Assembly: GCA_017439585.1 (NCBI GenBank)
Contig: JAFSIV010000001.1
Location: forward strand, 14,614 to 78,613
Reading direction: 5' to 3'
Length of the DNA stretch: 64,000 bases
DNA from: Clostridia bacterium
GTDB taxonomy: Bacteria > Bacillota > Clostridia > Oscillospirales > Acutalibacteraceae
The notes beneath the pieces were generated by a model. It was not told the origin of the DNA. It did not search any database and saw only the letters and a list, made by a program, of their open reading frames with translations. The translations under genes and the position numbers were made by a program. Every line of letters begins with the position of its first letter. Position 1 is the stretch's first letter. This document shows, piece after piece, positions 38,794 to 45,940 of the stretch.

Positions 38794-38827
38794 ATATGTC
38801 AAGCAGTTTATAAAATGCTTGACATAT
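38794..38827 (+). terminator. hairpin after the malic enzyme gene (probable terminator) whose 3' arm carries the next -35 box
   Basis: Perfect 12-bp arms atatgtcaagca / tgcttgacatat with a 10-nt loop, followed by ttattttt. Confidence 0.55.
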
Positions 38828-38847
38828 TTATTTTTCGGTGATATAAT
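38819..38847 (+). promoter_or_regulatory. consensus sigma-A promoter of the T-box/trpB unit
   Basis: TTGACA (38819-38824), 17-nt spacer, TATAAT (38842-38847). Confidence 0.6.
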
Positions 38848-38854
38848 TTTTTTA

Positions 38855-39101
38855 TAAACTAAACCTGTGATTAAGAGTAGTAGCAAATATCAAGGCATTT
38901 AGAGAGCAGTTGATGGTGGAAATACTGTAGCTGAGGATTTGTGAATGGACTTATGAGGGCGGTCGAAAGCATTTGCTAGTAGTAACCGACGGGTTCCGTA
39001 CCCGTTATCAGAACGGCTTGCATTTTTGTGTGAGAATTAGTTAACTTTAAGGGTGGCTAAACAAGTATTTTCGTCTTGTCCCAATGGGGCAAGACTTTTT
39101 T
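38855..39101 (+). promoter_or_regulatory. T-box leader riboswitch, Trp (UGG) specifier
   Basis: Stem I elements AGAGAG bulge and GGTGGAAA distal loop. Specifier context GAA-TGG-A, with TGG at 38946-38948. Antiterminator GGG[TGGCTAA]ACAAG...CTTGTCCC with the T-box GGGTGG at 39051-39056. Competing terminator gtcttgtccc-aat-ggggcaagac plus T6 (39073-39101). The downstream gene is trpB. Confidence 0.85.
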
Positions 39102-39184
39102 ATAGGAGAAATTTTATGCTTTTAACAAAACGATGGCGTAGCTGTTATTAAAACCCAATTTTAAAATTTTTAAGGAGAATTATT

Positions 39185-40402
39185 ATGGAATTTAATAACA
39201 TTAATTTTGATACATATTTTAAAAACTATCCCGATAAAGACGGTTATTTCGGTAAATACGGCGGTTGCTATATTTCACCCGAGCTTGCAAATGCTATGAG
39301 AGAAATAACCGAAGCATATTTTTCAATTTGCCAATCAAGAAAGTTTATAAATGAACTTCGCAGAATAAGAAAAGAATTTCAGGGCAGACCAACTCCCGTT
39401 TCTCACCTTGAAAGGCTTTCCAATAAATACGGTAATGTTCAGCTATATGTTAAGCGCGAGGATTTAAATCATACCGGCGCTCACAAATTAAATCACTGTA
39501 TGGGCGAGGCTTTGCTTGCTAAATATATGGGTAAGAAAAAGGTTATTGCCGAAACAGGAGCCGGTCAACACGGTGTAGCATTAGCTACCGCTGCGGCTTA
39601 TTTCGGTTTAGAATGTGATATTTATATGGGTAGCGTTGATATTAAAAAACAAGCCCCTAACGTTGCCAGAATGAAGATTTTAGGCGCTAATGTTGTTGAG
39701 GTTAAGGAAGGTCTTGCAACCTTAAAGGAGGCAGTTGACGCTGCTTTTGACGCTTATGCTAAGGAATATAAAGATTCTATTTACTGCATAGGCTCGGTTT
39801 TAGGACCTCATCCATTTCCAATGATGGTGCGCGATTTCCAAAGCGTTGTTGGTATTGAGGCTAGGGAACAGTTTATGGATATGACAGGTCATTTACCGGA
39901 TGCTATTGTTGCTTGTGTTGGCGGTGGTTCTAATGCCGCAGGCTTCTTCTCAGGCTTTTTAAATGACCATGTAGATATTTACGGTATCGAACCCTTAGGC
40001 AGAGGTCCAAAGCTTGGAGACCATGCCGCTAGCCTTAAATACGGCACCGAGGGAATTATGCATGGCTTTAACAGTATTATGCTTAAAGACGAAAACGGAG
40101 AGCCCGCACCTGTTTACTCGGTTGCTAGCGGTCTCGATTATCCTTCCTCCGGTCCTGAACATGCATTTTTAAGAGATATAGGCAGAGTTAAATATGATGT
40201 TATAAACGACGAGGAAACTATTGACGCTTTCTATGAATTAGCTCGTTTAGAGGGTATTATTCCCGCTATCGAAAGCTCACACGCAGTAGCATACGGAATT
40301 AAGCTTGCAAAAACTATGGAAAATGGCTCTGTTCTTATAAATCTCTCGGGCAGAGGCGATAAGGATATGGACTATATCATAGAAAACTACGGTATTAGAT
40401 AA
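39185..40402 (+). CDS. trpB: tryptophan synthase beta chain (stand-alone)
   Basis: FGKYGG, PLP-lysine motif [16 protein letters not shown] and GGGSNAAG. 405 aa. No trpA or other trp genes adjacent. Confidence 0.9.
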   Translation: MEFNNINFDTYFKNYPDKDGYFGKYGGCYISPELANAMREITEAYFSICQSRKFINELRRIRKEFQGRPTPVSHLERLSNKYGNVQLYVKREDLNHTGAHKLNHCMGEALLAKYMGKKKVIAETGAGQHGVALATAAAYFGLECDIYMGSVDIKKQAPNVARMKILGANVVEVKEGLATLKEAVDAAFDAYAKEYKDSIYCIGSVLGPHPFPMMVRDFQSVVGIEAREQFMDMTGHLPDAIVACVGGGSNAAGFFSGFLNDHVDIYGIEPLGRGPKLGDHAASLKYGTEGIMHGFNSIMLKDENGEPAPVYSVASGLDYPSSGPEHAFLRDIGRVKYDVINDEETIDAFYELARLEGIIPAIESSHAVAYGIKLAKTMENGSVLINLSGRGDKDMDYIIENYGIR

Positions 40403-40438
40403 TATCTATAAAAATTTCGCAAAATTCTAAAATTTTGC

Positions 40439-40467
40439 TTGACTTTATTCGCGACTTGTCTTATAAT
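40439..40467 (+). promoter_or_regulatory. sigma-A promoter of the tRNA-Thr/tRNA-Leu unit
   Basis: TTGACT (40439-40444), 17-nt spacer, TATAAT (40462-40467), about 22 nt upstream of the tRNA. Confidence 0.6.
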
Positions 40468-40488
40468 ACATAAGTCGCGAATAAATAT

Positions 40489-40564
<76 letters not shown>

Positions 40565-40592
40565 TAAATCTTGTTGGGTTTCAACAAGATAC

Positions 40593-40679
40593 GCCGATGT
40601 GGTGGAATAGGCAGACACAAGGGACTTAAAATCCCTCGGTAGCAATATCGTAACGGTTCAAGTCCGGTCATCGGCACCA
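40593..40679 (+). tRNA. tRNA-Leu (anticodon TAA), long variable arm, CCA encoded
   Basis: Acceptor gccgatg/catcggc, anticodon stem aggga/tccct with loop ct-TAA-aa, class II variable arm, GGTTCAAGTCC T-loop, then 3' aCCA. 87 nt. Confidence 0.9.
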
Positions 40680-40680
40680 A

Positions 40681-40713
40681 AAAACACTCGTTCTCTTGAA
40701 CGAGTGTTTTTTT
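40681..40713 (+). terminator. intrinsic terminator of the tRNA unit
   Basis: aacactcgttc-tctt-gaacgagtgtt followed by ttttt. Confidence 0.85.
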
Positions 40714-40715
40714 AT

Positions 40716-40879
40716 CCATTGAGAAAGCAATGGCATATCATCAACGATAGCAACGCTATCGTTGTATCTCATCAGTCCGTTAGGACTGTATATCATCACG
40801 CTTTAGGCGTGTATCAAAAATACTTTCGCAATGATGATATACAAAACTTCGTTTTGATGACATACAATGCTTCGCATTG
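40716..40879. repeat. array of six short hairpins separated by a conserved 8-mer (TATATCAT direct, ATGATATA inverted)
   Basis: Hairpins at 40716-40733, 40742-40764, 40773-40788, 40797-40811, 40842-40856 and 40865-40879. Spacers at 40734-41, 40765-72 and 40789-96 (direct), then 40834-41 and 40857-64 (reverse complement). See findings. Confidence 0.7.
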
Positions 40880-40925
40880 ATTTTTTGCCGCTTTTGTGCT
40901 ATAATACATCCAATGTGGTGATGTT

Positions 40926-41729
40926 ATGTTTTTGACAAAAAAGAGTTTTAGAAAAATTTTGATTATGGCGATATGTTTTTCTTTATTAGGAAGCATTTTT
41001 ATTGCTTTTTCAATTCTTTTTAACATTATGAATATATCGGATAATTCTTTATTGATTTCAGGAATAATAATTTATTTGCTTAATGTACTTATGATTTTTT
41101 TAAAGCTATATGACGAGGGTAAGGGCAAACTTATTATTCTCGCAAATAAACTTGTCCGTAAAAAATTAAAACCCGCTGAATTTATTCTACATTATGAATC
41201 TTTGAAAAAATCAAATGACCTTATTATTAAAAAACCAAGTATAAAAGTATTGCAATTTGTTGCGCTTGCTTATGATTCGTTAGATGATAGAGAAAACGCA
41301 CTTGCAACAGTTGATGAAATGATTGAAATTTCCAATGAAAAGAGAAAACCTTTCTCAAATCTTATAAAATGCTCTTTCTTGTTTTCTTATGGGGAATTTG
41401 AAGAAGCGGAATTGCTTTTTAATAAAACACAGAAACAAAAACTAAATATTATGTGTAACAGCTTAGTGGATGCCATTTTAAATAGTGATAGAGCAATGGC
41501 TATGGGCGATTATAAAACAGTAGAAGCATATAGTTTAAGAATGTTAGAACGCTCGTTTCCAAAGCTTGATAATCTTGGTAAACTTGTTGTCCATTATACG
41601 TTGGGCAAGGTTTATGAAAAATTACAAGATAACAGCAAAGCGATTACGAATTATCAATATTGTGTAGACTTTGGTGGAGAAACAGCAATAAAGATAACTG
41701 CCATCAAAAAATTACAACATATTAAATAA
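40926..41729 (+). CDS. hypothetical membrane protein with helical-repeat (TPR-like) C-terminal domain
   Basis: Two N-terminal TM segments, then alpha-helical repeats (ALAYDSLDDRENALATVDEMIEI..., YTLGKVYEKLQDNSKAITNYQYCVD). Promoter TTGATT-17-TATAAT with TGn lies at 40877-40905. Confidence 0.5.
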   Translation: MFLTKKSFRKILIMAICFSLLGSIFIAFSILFNIMNISDNSLLISGIIIYLLNVLMIFLKLYDEGKGKLIILANKLVRKKLKPAEFILHYESLKKSNDLIIKKPSIKVLQFVALAYDSLDDRENALATVDEMIEISNEKRKPFSNLIKCSFLFSYGEFEEAELLFNKTQKQKLNIMCNSLVDAILNSDRAMAMGDYKTVEAYSLRMLERSFPKLDNLGKLVVHYTLGKVYEKLQDNSKAITNYQYCVDFGGETAIKITAIKKLQHIK

Positions 41730-41795
41730 AGAAAATCCTGTTGTTATGCGGAGTTTTCACTTGTAATGAGAGGTATCGCGCAAGGTGGTGAAATT

Positions 41796-42290
41796 GTGAA
41801 AAGAACATTACTGTTAATTACAATCATTATTATGATTTTGAGTTTTTCTGCTTGTGATTTAAATCCTATTGTAAATAAATTAAATGGTAATGAAGCATCC
41901 GCAAAATCTCAGCAAGAAAAAGAAAAATATACTGAGCTTGCGGACGGGACGTATTTATATAAGCAGTCAAGTGTTTCTGCTGAGAACAAAATACAGTTTA
42001 GAGATGAACAGAATAATATTTTGCTTGATTCCTCTGATATTATGTTTGTATCTGCAAAATGGTCAGAATATAATGGTTATTATATACAACTTGAGTTTAC
42101 CGAAGAAGGAACTACCAATTTTGCAAATGCAACAAAAGAAAACATCGGTAAAAAAATATGCATTGTTTTTGATGAACAAATTTTATCTTCACCAGTAGTT
42201 AATGCAGAAATAACAGATGGAATAGCTGTAATTGCTAATTATGAAAGTTATGATGAATTGATTTCATTTTTTAATAAATTGGTTAAGTAA
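41796..42290 (+). CDS. lipoprotein with SecD/SecF P1-head-like domain
   Basis: GTG at 41796 follows GGTGGTGA and gives VKRTLLLITIIIMILSFSAC (lipobox). The C-terminal LEFTEEGTTNFANATKENIGKKICIVFDEQILSSPVVNAEITDGIAVI matches the SecD P1-head pattern (F..T..N.GK...IV.D..v.S.P.v...I..G.a.I). Confidence 0.55.
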   Translation: MKRTLLLITIIIMILSFSACDLNPIVNKLNGNEASAKSQQEKEKYTELADGTYLYKQSSVSAENKIQFRDEQNNILLDSSDIMFVSAKWSEYNGYYIQLEFTEEGTTNFANATKENIGKKICIVFDEQILSSPVVNAEITDGIAVIANYESYDELISFFNKLVK

Positions 42291-42340
42291 TCCTCGGTTT
42301 TCATAGCCTTTTAATTCGCGCCACTAAGTTCAAGCTACCC

Positions 42341-42376
42341 AAAAAATCCCGTTCCAATAAAAGAGCGGGATTTTTT
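42341..42376 (+). terminator. intrinsic terminator
   Basis: aaaaaatcccg...cgggatttttt. Confidence 0.7.
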
Positions 42377-42494
42377 AATTTTTTAATTCTTTACTAAAAT
42401 TTTATTACGCATTTTTAAATAATAAAAATTTAAAGTTGAATATATAATATAAATATGTTAAAATAAAATAAATCGTTTAGATAGGAATGATTTT

Positions 42495-43076
42495 ATGAGA
42501 ATTTGTGTTTACGGTTCTGCAAGTCCAACCATTGATAATGAATTTATAAAAGCTACTGAAATTATGGGCGAAGCTCTGGCTTTAAGAGGGCATAATTTGG
42601 TTTTTGGTGGCGGTGGTAACGGTCTTATGTGCGCGGCGGCGCGCGGTTTTAAAAAAGGCGGCGCGCATATTATCGGCGTTATTCCTGACTTTTTTAGAAA
42701 CGAAAATGTTGAGGCGATTTGCGATTTTTGCGATAAGCTTATTGAACCTAAAACAATGAGAGAACGCAAGGCGATTATGGAAGATCACGCAGATGCTTTT
42801 ATTGTTACACCAGGTGGCATTGGCACCTATGAAGAATTTTTTGAAATTCTAACCTCTAAGCAATTATGCCGACATAATAAACCGATCGCAATTTATAATA
42901 TCGGTGGTTTTTATAATGAAATTAATGCCGCTATGCATTCTGCTATAAATAAAAATTTCATTAAAGAAAACTGCACCGAGCTTTATTTTATAACAGAAAA
43001 TTTAGAGGAATTAATTAAATATATCGAAACACCCGTAACAACTGTCAGAACAATTAAAGAACTTAAAGACGGATAA
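42495..43076 (+). CDS. LOG-family (TIGR00730) nucleotide phosphoribohydrolase
   Basis: GGGGNGLM and PGGIGTYEEFFE motifs. 193 aa. Confidence 0.85.
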   Translation: MRICVYGSASPTIDNEFIKATEIMGEALALRGHNLVFGGGGNGLMCAAARGFKKGGAHIIGVIPDFFRNENVEAICDFCDKLIEPKTMRERKAIMEDHADAFIVTPGGIGTYEEFFEILTSKQLCRHNKPIAIYNIGGFYNEINAAMHSAINKNFIKENCTELYFITENLEELIKYIETPVTTVRTIKELKDG

Positions 43077-43091
43077 TTTTGGGAGATTATA

Positions 43092-43388
43092 ATGGTTAAG
43101 CATATTATTTTATGGAATTTGAAAAAAGAATTTAATACTGACGAAATTAAAAACGATATGAAACAAGCGTTAGAGGGATTAGTAGGTAAAATAGAGGGAC
43201 TTTTAACCTTAAATGTTGAAATTAACCCTTTTTCAACCTCTAATACCGATGTTATGCTATATTCTGAATTTGAAAATGAGCAAGCTTTAAAAAATTACGC
43301 TGTTCATCCAAAGCATGTTGAGGTTGCTGATACAAAAGTAAGACCTTATACCAAAGTTAGAACAGTATTTGATTTTGAGCAAAAGTAA
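43092..43388 (+). CDS. Dabb (stress-responsive alpha/beta barrel) family protein
   Basis: 98 aa; MVKHIILWNLK... and ...HPKHVEV pattern. Confidence 0.75.
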   Translation: MVKHIILWNLKKEFNTDEIKNDMKQALEGLVGKIEGLLTLNVEINPFSTSNTDVMLYSEFENEQALKNYAVHPKHVEVADTKVRPYTKVRTVFDFEQK

Positions 43389-43408
43389 ATTTTTATAGAA
43401 GGTATTTT

Positions 43409-44230
43409 ATGATTAACTTTTTTAAAGGGTTAGCTACCGGTTTAGGTGCAGTAGCACCCGGACTTAGCGGTAGTGTTTTGCTTGTAATCTTCGGGTTATA
43501 TAGGAAAACCATATCCGCTTTAAACGAACTGTTTAGATTTAAAAATATTTGGAAAAATATAAGATTTTTCCTTCCCTTAGGTCTTGGAATCGGTATCGGC
43601 GCTATGCTTTTCGGAAGACTTATTAATTTCTTGCTCGAGAATTTTGAAATGTATACCCGATTTGCATTTTTAGGGCTAATTTTAGGTACTATTCCGCTCT
43701 TTTTCAAAGAGGTTAAAAAGGAAGGTTTTTCTAAAAAATATTATCTGTTAATTATTGCATCTCTAGTTTTTGGTATCTTTATTTTCTTTTTTAATAAAGA
43801 TTTATTTCCTAATGTTGAAAATCCTGCATTCTTGCAATCAGTTTTATTAGGGTTTTCGGTTGCAGTTTCATATATTGTCCCCGGAATAGACAGTGCTGCC
43901 GTTCTTTCGGCTCTCGGTTTTTATGAATTATGGGTAAAAATCTTAGCTCACCCTTTTGATTACATTAACCTTTTTATACCGGTAGGTTTAGGCGCAGTTT
44001 TAGGTATTATTTTAATTTCCATAATCATTAATAAGCTTATCCAAAAATGCTATACAGCAACCTTTTCGGTTATTTTCGGATTGTTTTTATCGGTTATTCC
44101 CAGTGTTTTAAGCGATAAATGCGTTATAGGTTTAAATGCTTCTTCGGGAATATCTTTAATTATATTAGCTTTTGGTTTTATTGCTTCAATTTTATTCGGC
44201 AATTTGGAAAAGCTTAAAAAAGTAACATAA
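43409..44230 (+). CDS. DUF368 family membrane protein (candidate undecaprenyl-phosphate translocase, PopT-like)
   Basis: Duplicated PG-x-S/D motifs (GAVAPGLSGSVLLVIFGLY and YIVPGIDSAAVLSALGFY). About 8 TM segments. Confidence 0.65.
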   Translation: MINFFKGLATGLGAVAPGLSGSVLLVIFGLYRKTISALNELFRFKNIWKNIRFFLPLGLGIGIGAMLFGRLINFLLENFEMYTRFAFLGLILGTIPLFFKEVKKEGFSKKYYLLIIASLVFGIFIFFFNKDLFPNVENPAFLQSVLLGFSVAVSYIVPGIDSAAVLSALGFYELWVKILAHPFDYINLFIPVGLGAVLGIILISIIINKLIQKCYTATFSVIFGLFLSVIPSVLSDKCVIGLNASSGISLIILAFGFIASILFGNLEKLKKVT

Positions 44231-44240
44231 TAATTTAATA

Positions 44241-44265
44241 AAACACCTTCGGGTGTTTTATTTTT
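44241..44265 (+). terminator. intrinsic terminator
   Basis: aaacacc-ttcg-ggtgttt followed by tattttt. Confidence 0.85.
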
Positions 44266-44301
44266 GCCTGATTTGAAGCAAACTAAAATGAGGTGTTTTG
44301 A

Positions 44302-44616
44302 TTGACTACTTTTGAAAAAATATATAACGTTGTTAAACAAATTCCAAAAGGCAAGGTTGCAACCTACGGACTAGTTGCAACGCTCGCAGGAAATCCAAGA
44401 TGGGCAAGAGTTGTAGGTTATGCTTTGCATGTTAACCCCGAGCCTTTTATAATTCCTTGCCATAGGGTTGTAAACCGAGAGGGGAGAGTTGCCCCTGCTT
44501 TTGCATTTGGCGGCGAAAATGTTCAGAGGCAGTTGCTTGAAAACGAGGGAATAGTTTTCGAAAAGAATGGCTGTATTGATTTGAAAAAATATTGTTGGAA
44601 CGGTGAAATTTTATGA
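44302..44616 (+). CDS. MGMT-family protein (alkyltransferase DNA-binding domain only, active-site Cys retained)
   Basis: 104 aa. KGKVATYG, and PCHRVV with the Cys present. Lacks the N-terminal Ada/Ogt domain. Confidence 0.8.
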   Translation: MTTFEKIYNVVKQIPKGKVATYGLVATLAGNPRWARVVGYALHVNPEPFIIPCHRVVNREGRVAPAFAFGGENVQRQLLENEGIVFEKNGCIDLKKYCWNGEIL

Positions 44617-45095
44617 TTATACATCCAATTAAACCATTATACAGCCAAAACTCTGAAATTTTAATTTTAGGCAGCTTTCCTTCGATTAAATCGCGAGAGC
44701 AAATGTTTTACTATAGTCATCCGCAAAACCGTTTCTGGCGGGTTTTGGCAGCAATTTTCGAATTGCCAATTCCTGAGACTATCGACGAAAAGCGTGAGTT
44801 GATTTTATCTCATAATTTAGCGCTTTGGGATGTTTTGGCTTCTTGCGAAATATCAGGCAGTGCGGATAGTAGTATTAAAAATGCAATCGCAAACGATTTA
44901 AGTGAAATTTTAAATAATAGTAAGGTTAAGAAAATTTTTGTTAATGGGAAAACCGCAGAAAAATATTATATTAAATATTTAGAGCCAAAATATAAAATTA
45001 AGGCAATTTGCCTTCCGTCGACTTCGCCTGCGAATGCTACATATTCGCTTGATAAATTAATAAACGAATGGAATATAATAAAAAATAGCAACTGA
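44613..45095 (+). CDS. DNA-deoxyinosine (hypoxanthine) glycosylase, UDG family 6-like
   Basis: ILILGSFPSIKSRE..FYYSHPQNRFWRVLA and LPSTSPAN motifs. ATGA overlap with the upstream gene. Confidence 0.75.
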   Translation: MIIHPIKPLYSQNSEILILGSFPSIKSREQMFYYSHPQNRFWRVLAAIFELPIPETIDEKRELILSHNLALWDVLASCEISGSADSSIKNAIANDLSEILNNSKVKKIFVNGKTAEKYYIKYLEPKYKIKAICLPSTSPANATYSLDKLINEWNIIKNSN

Positions 45096-45112
45096 AATTC
45101 AGTTGCTATTTT
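45083..45112. terminator. bidirectional terminator
   Basis: aaatagcaactga-aat-tcagttgctattt between convergent genes; it includes the stop codon of the + gene. Confidence 0.8.
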
Positions 45113-45113
45113 A

Positions 45114-45833
45114 CTATTTAATTAAATCTTTAACAACCTCACTAGCGATTATAAGACCGGCAGCAGCAGGAACAAACGAGGAGGAAGCAGGGATTTGCTT
45201 ACCGTTTTCTCTGGCCTGTGTCTGAGGTTTGATTGGTTCTTCCTTTGAGAAAACTACCTTTAATTTTTTAATTCCTCTTTTTTTAAGCTCATATCTCATA
45301 ACGCGTGCCAGCGGACAAACAGAGGTTTTATAAATATCTGAAACTTCGAGCATGCTGGGGGAGAGCTTATTTCCTGTTCCCATTGAACTAATTATAGGAG
45401 TATTTTGCGAATCAGCCTTTAATATAAGCTCTATTTTAGCTGTAACAGTATCAATCGTGTCAACAATATAATCATATTTAGAAAAATCAAAGCAATCAGC
45501 GGTTGATTTATCAAAAAACAGCTTATGCTTAGTGATTTTAATATCAGGGTTTATATCAAGGCATCTGCTCGCTGAGGCTTCAACCTTCGACATACCGATA
45601 GTATTTTTTGTTGCAATAATTTGGCGGTTTATATTTGTTATATCAACATCATCGCTGTCAATTAAATCAATAGCGCCAATTCCGGAACGAACAAGAGCTT
45701 CAACAACATAGCCTCCAACACCGCCGATACCAAAAACTGCAACACGAGAATTTTGAAGCTTCAAAAGATTATCGGTTCCTATTAAATTTTCAGTTCTTGA
45801 AAACAGATTATCCATAACTTTATCCTTAAACAT
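45114..45833 (-). CDS. tcdA: tRNA threonylcarbamoyladenosine dehydratase (ThiF/E1-like)
   Basis: Rossmann motif VAVFGIGGVGGYVVEALVRSGIG, DSDDVDITNINRQ and SMGTGNK. Confidence 0.85.
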   Translation of the reverse strand: MFKDKVMDNLFSRTENLIGTDNLLKLQNSRVAVFGIGGVGGYVVEALVRSGIGAIDLIDSDDVDITNINRQIIATKNTIGMSKVEASASRCLDINPDIKITKHKLFFDKSTADCFDFSKYDYIVDTIDTVTAKIELILKADSQNTPIISSMGTGNKLSPSMLEVSDIYKTSVCPLARVMRYELKKRGIKKLKVVFSKEEPIKPQTQARENGKQIPASSSFVPAAAGLIIASEVVKDLIK

Positions 45834-45940
45834 TTTTTATAATTTTAAACTTTTAATTCTCATTTGTCAAGCCGACTGTTATTGACCTTTTAATAAAATT
45901 TTGTTATACTTTAAATATCTTAAAAAAAGGAGGGAATTGC

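Noticed and set aside
40716-40879. Possibility that the hairpin array is a CRISPR array or degenerate tRNA genes
   Set aside because: The repeat unit is only 8-12 nt and the variable parts are 15-23-nt palindromes. No cas genes are in the window and no cloverleaf can be drawn. It is kept as an unexplained repeat instead.
40814-41026. 70-aa minus-strand ORF overlapping the hairpin array and the start of the TPR-membrane gene
   Set aside because: It has no RBS, its composition is typical of antisense AT-rich sequence, and it overlaps a better-supported + strand gene and its promoter.
40593-42494. Genomic island integrated at tRNA-Leu
   Set aside because: By eye I found no integrase or recombinase gene and no direct repeat of the tRNA-Leu 3' end downstream (42291-42494). 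Only two small accessory-looking genes are present. The evidence is insufficient for a mobile element call.
45834-45940. Search for a LexA/Cheo box (GAAC-N4-GTTC) upstream of uvrC, and also upstream of recN at 16577-16592
   Set aside because: No such motif is visible by eye in either region, so no SOS operator is claimed.
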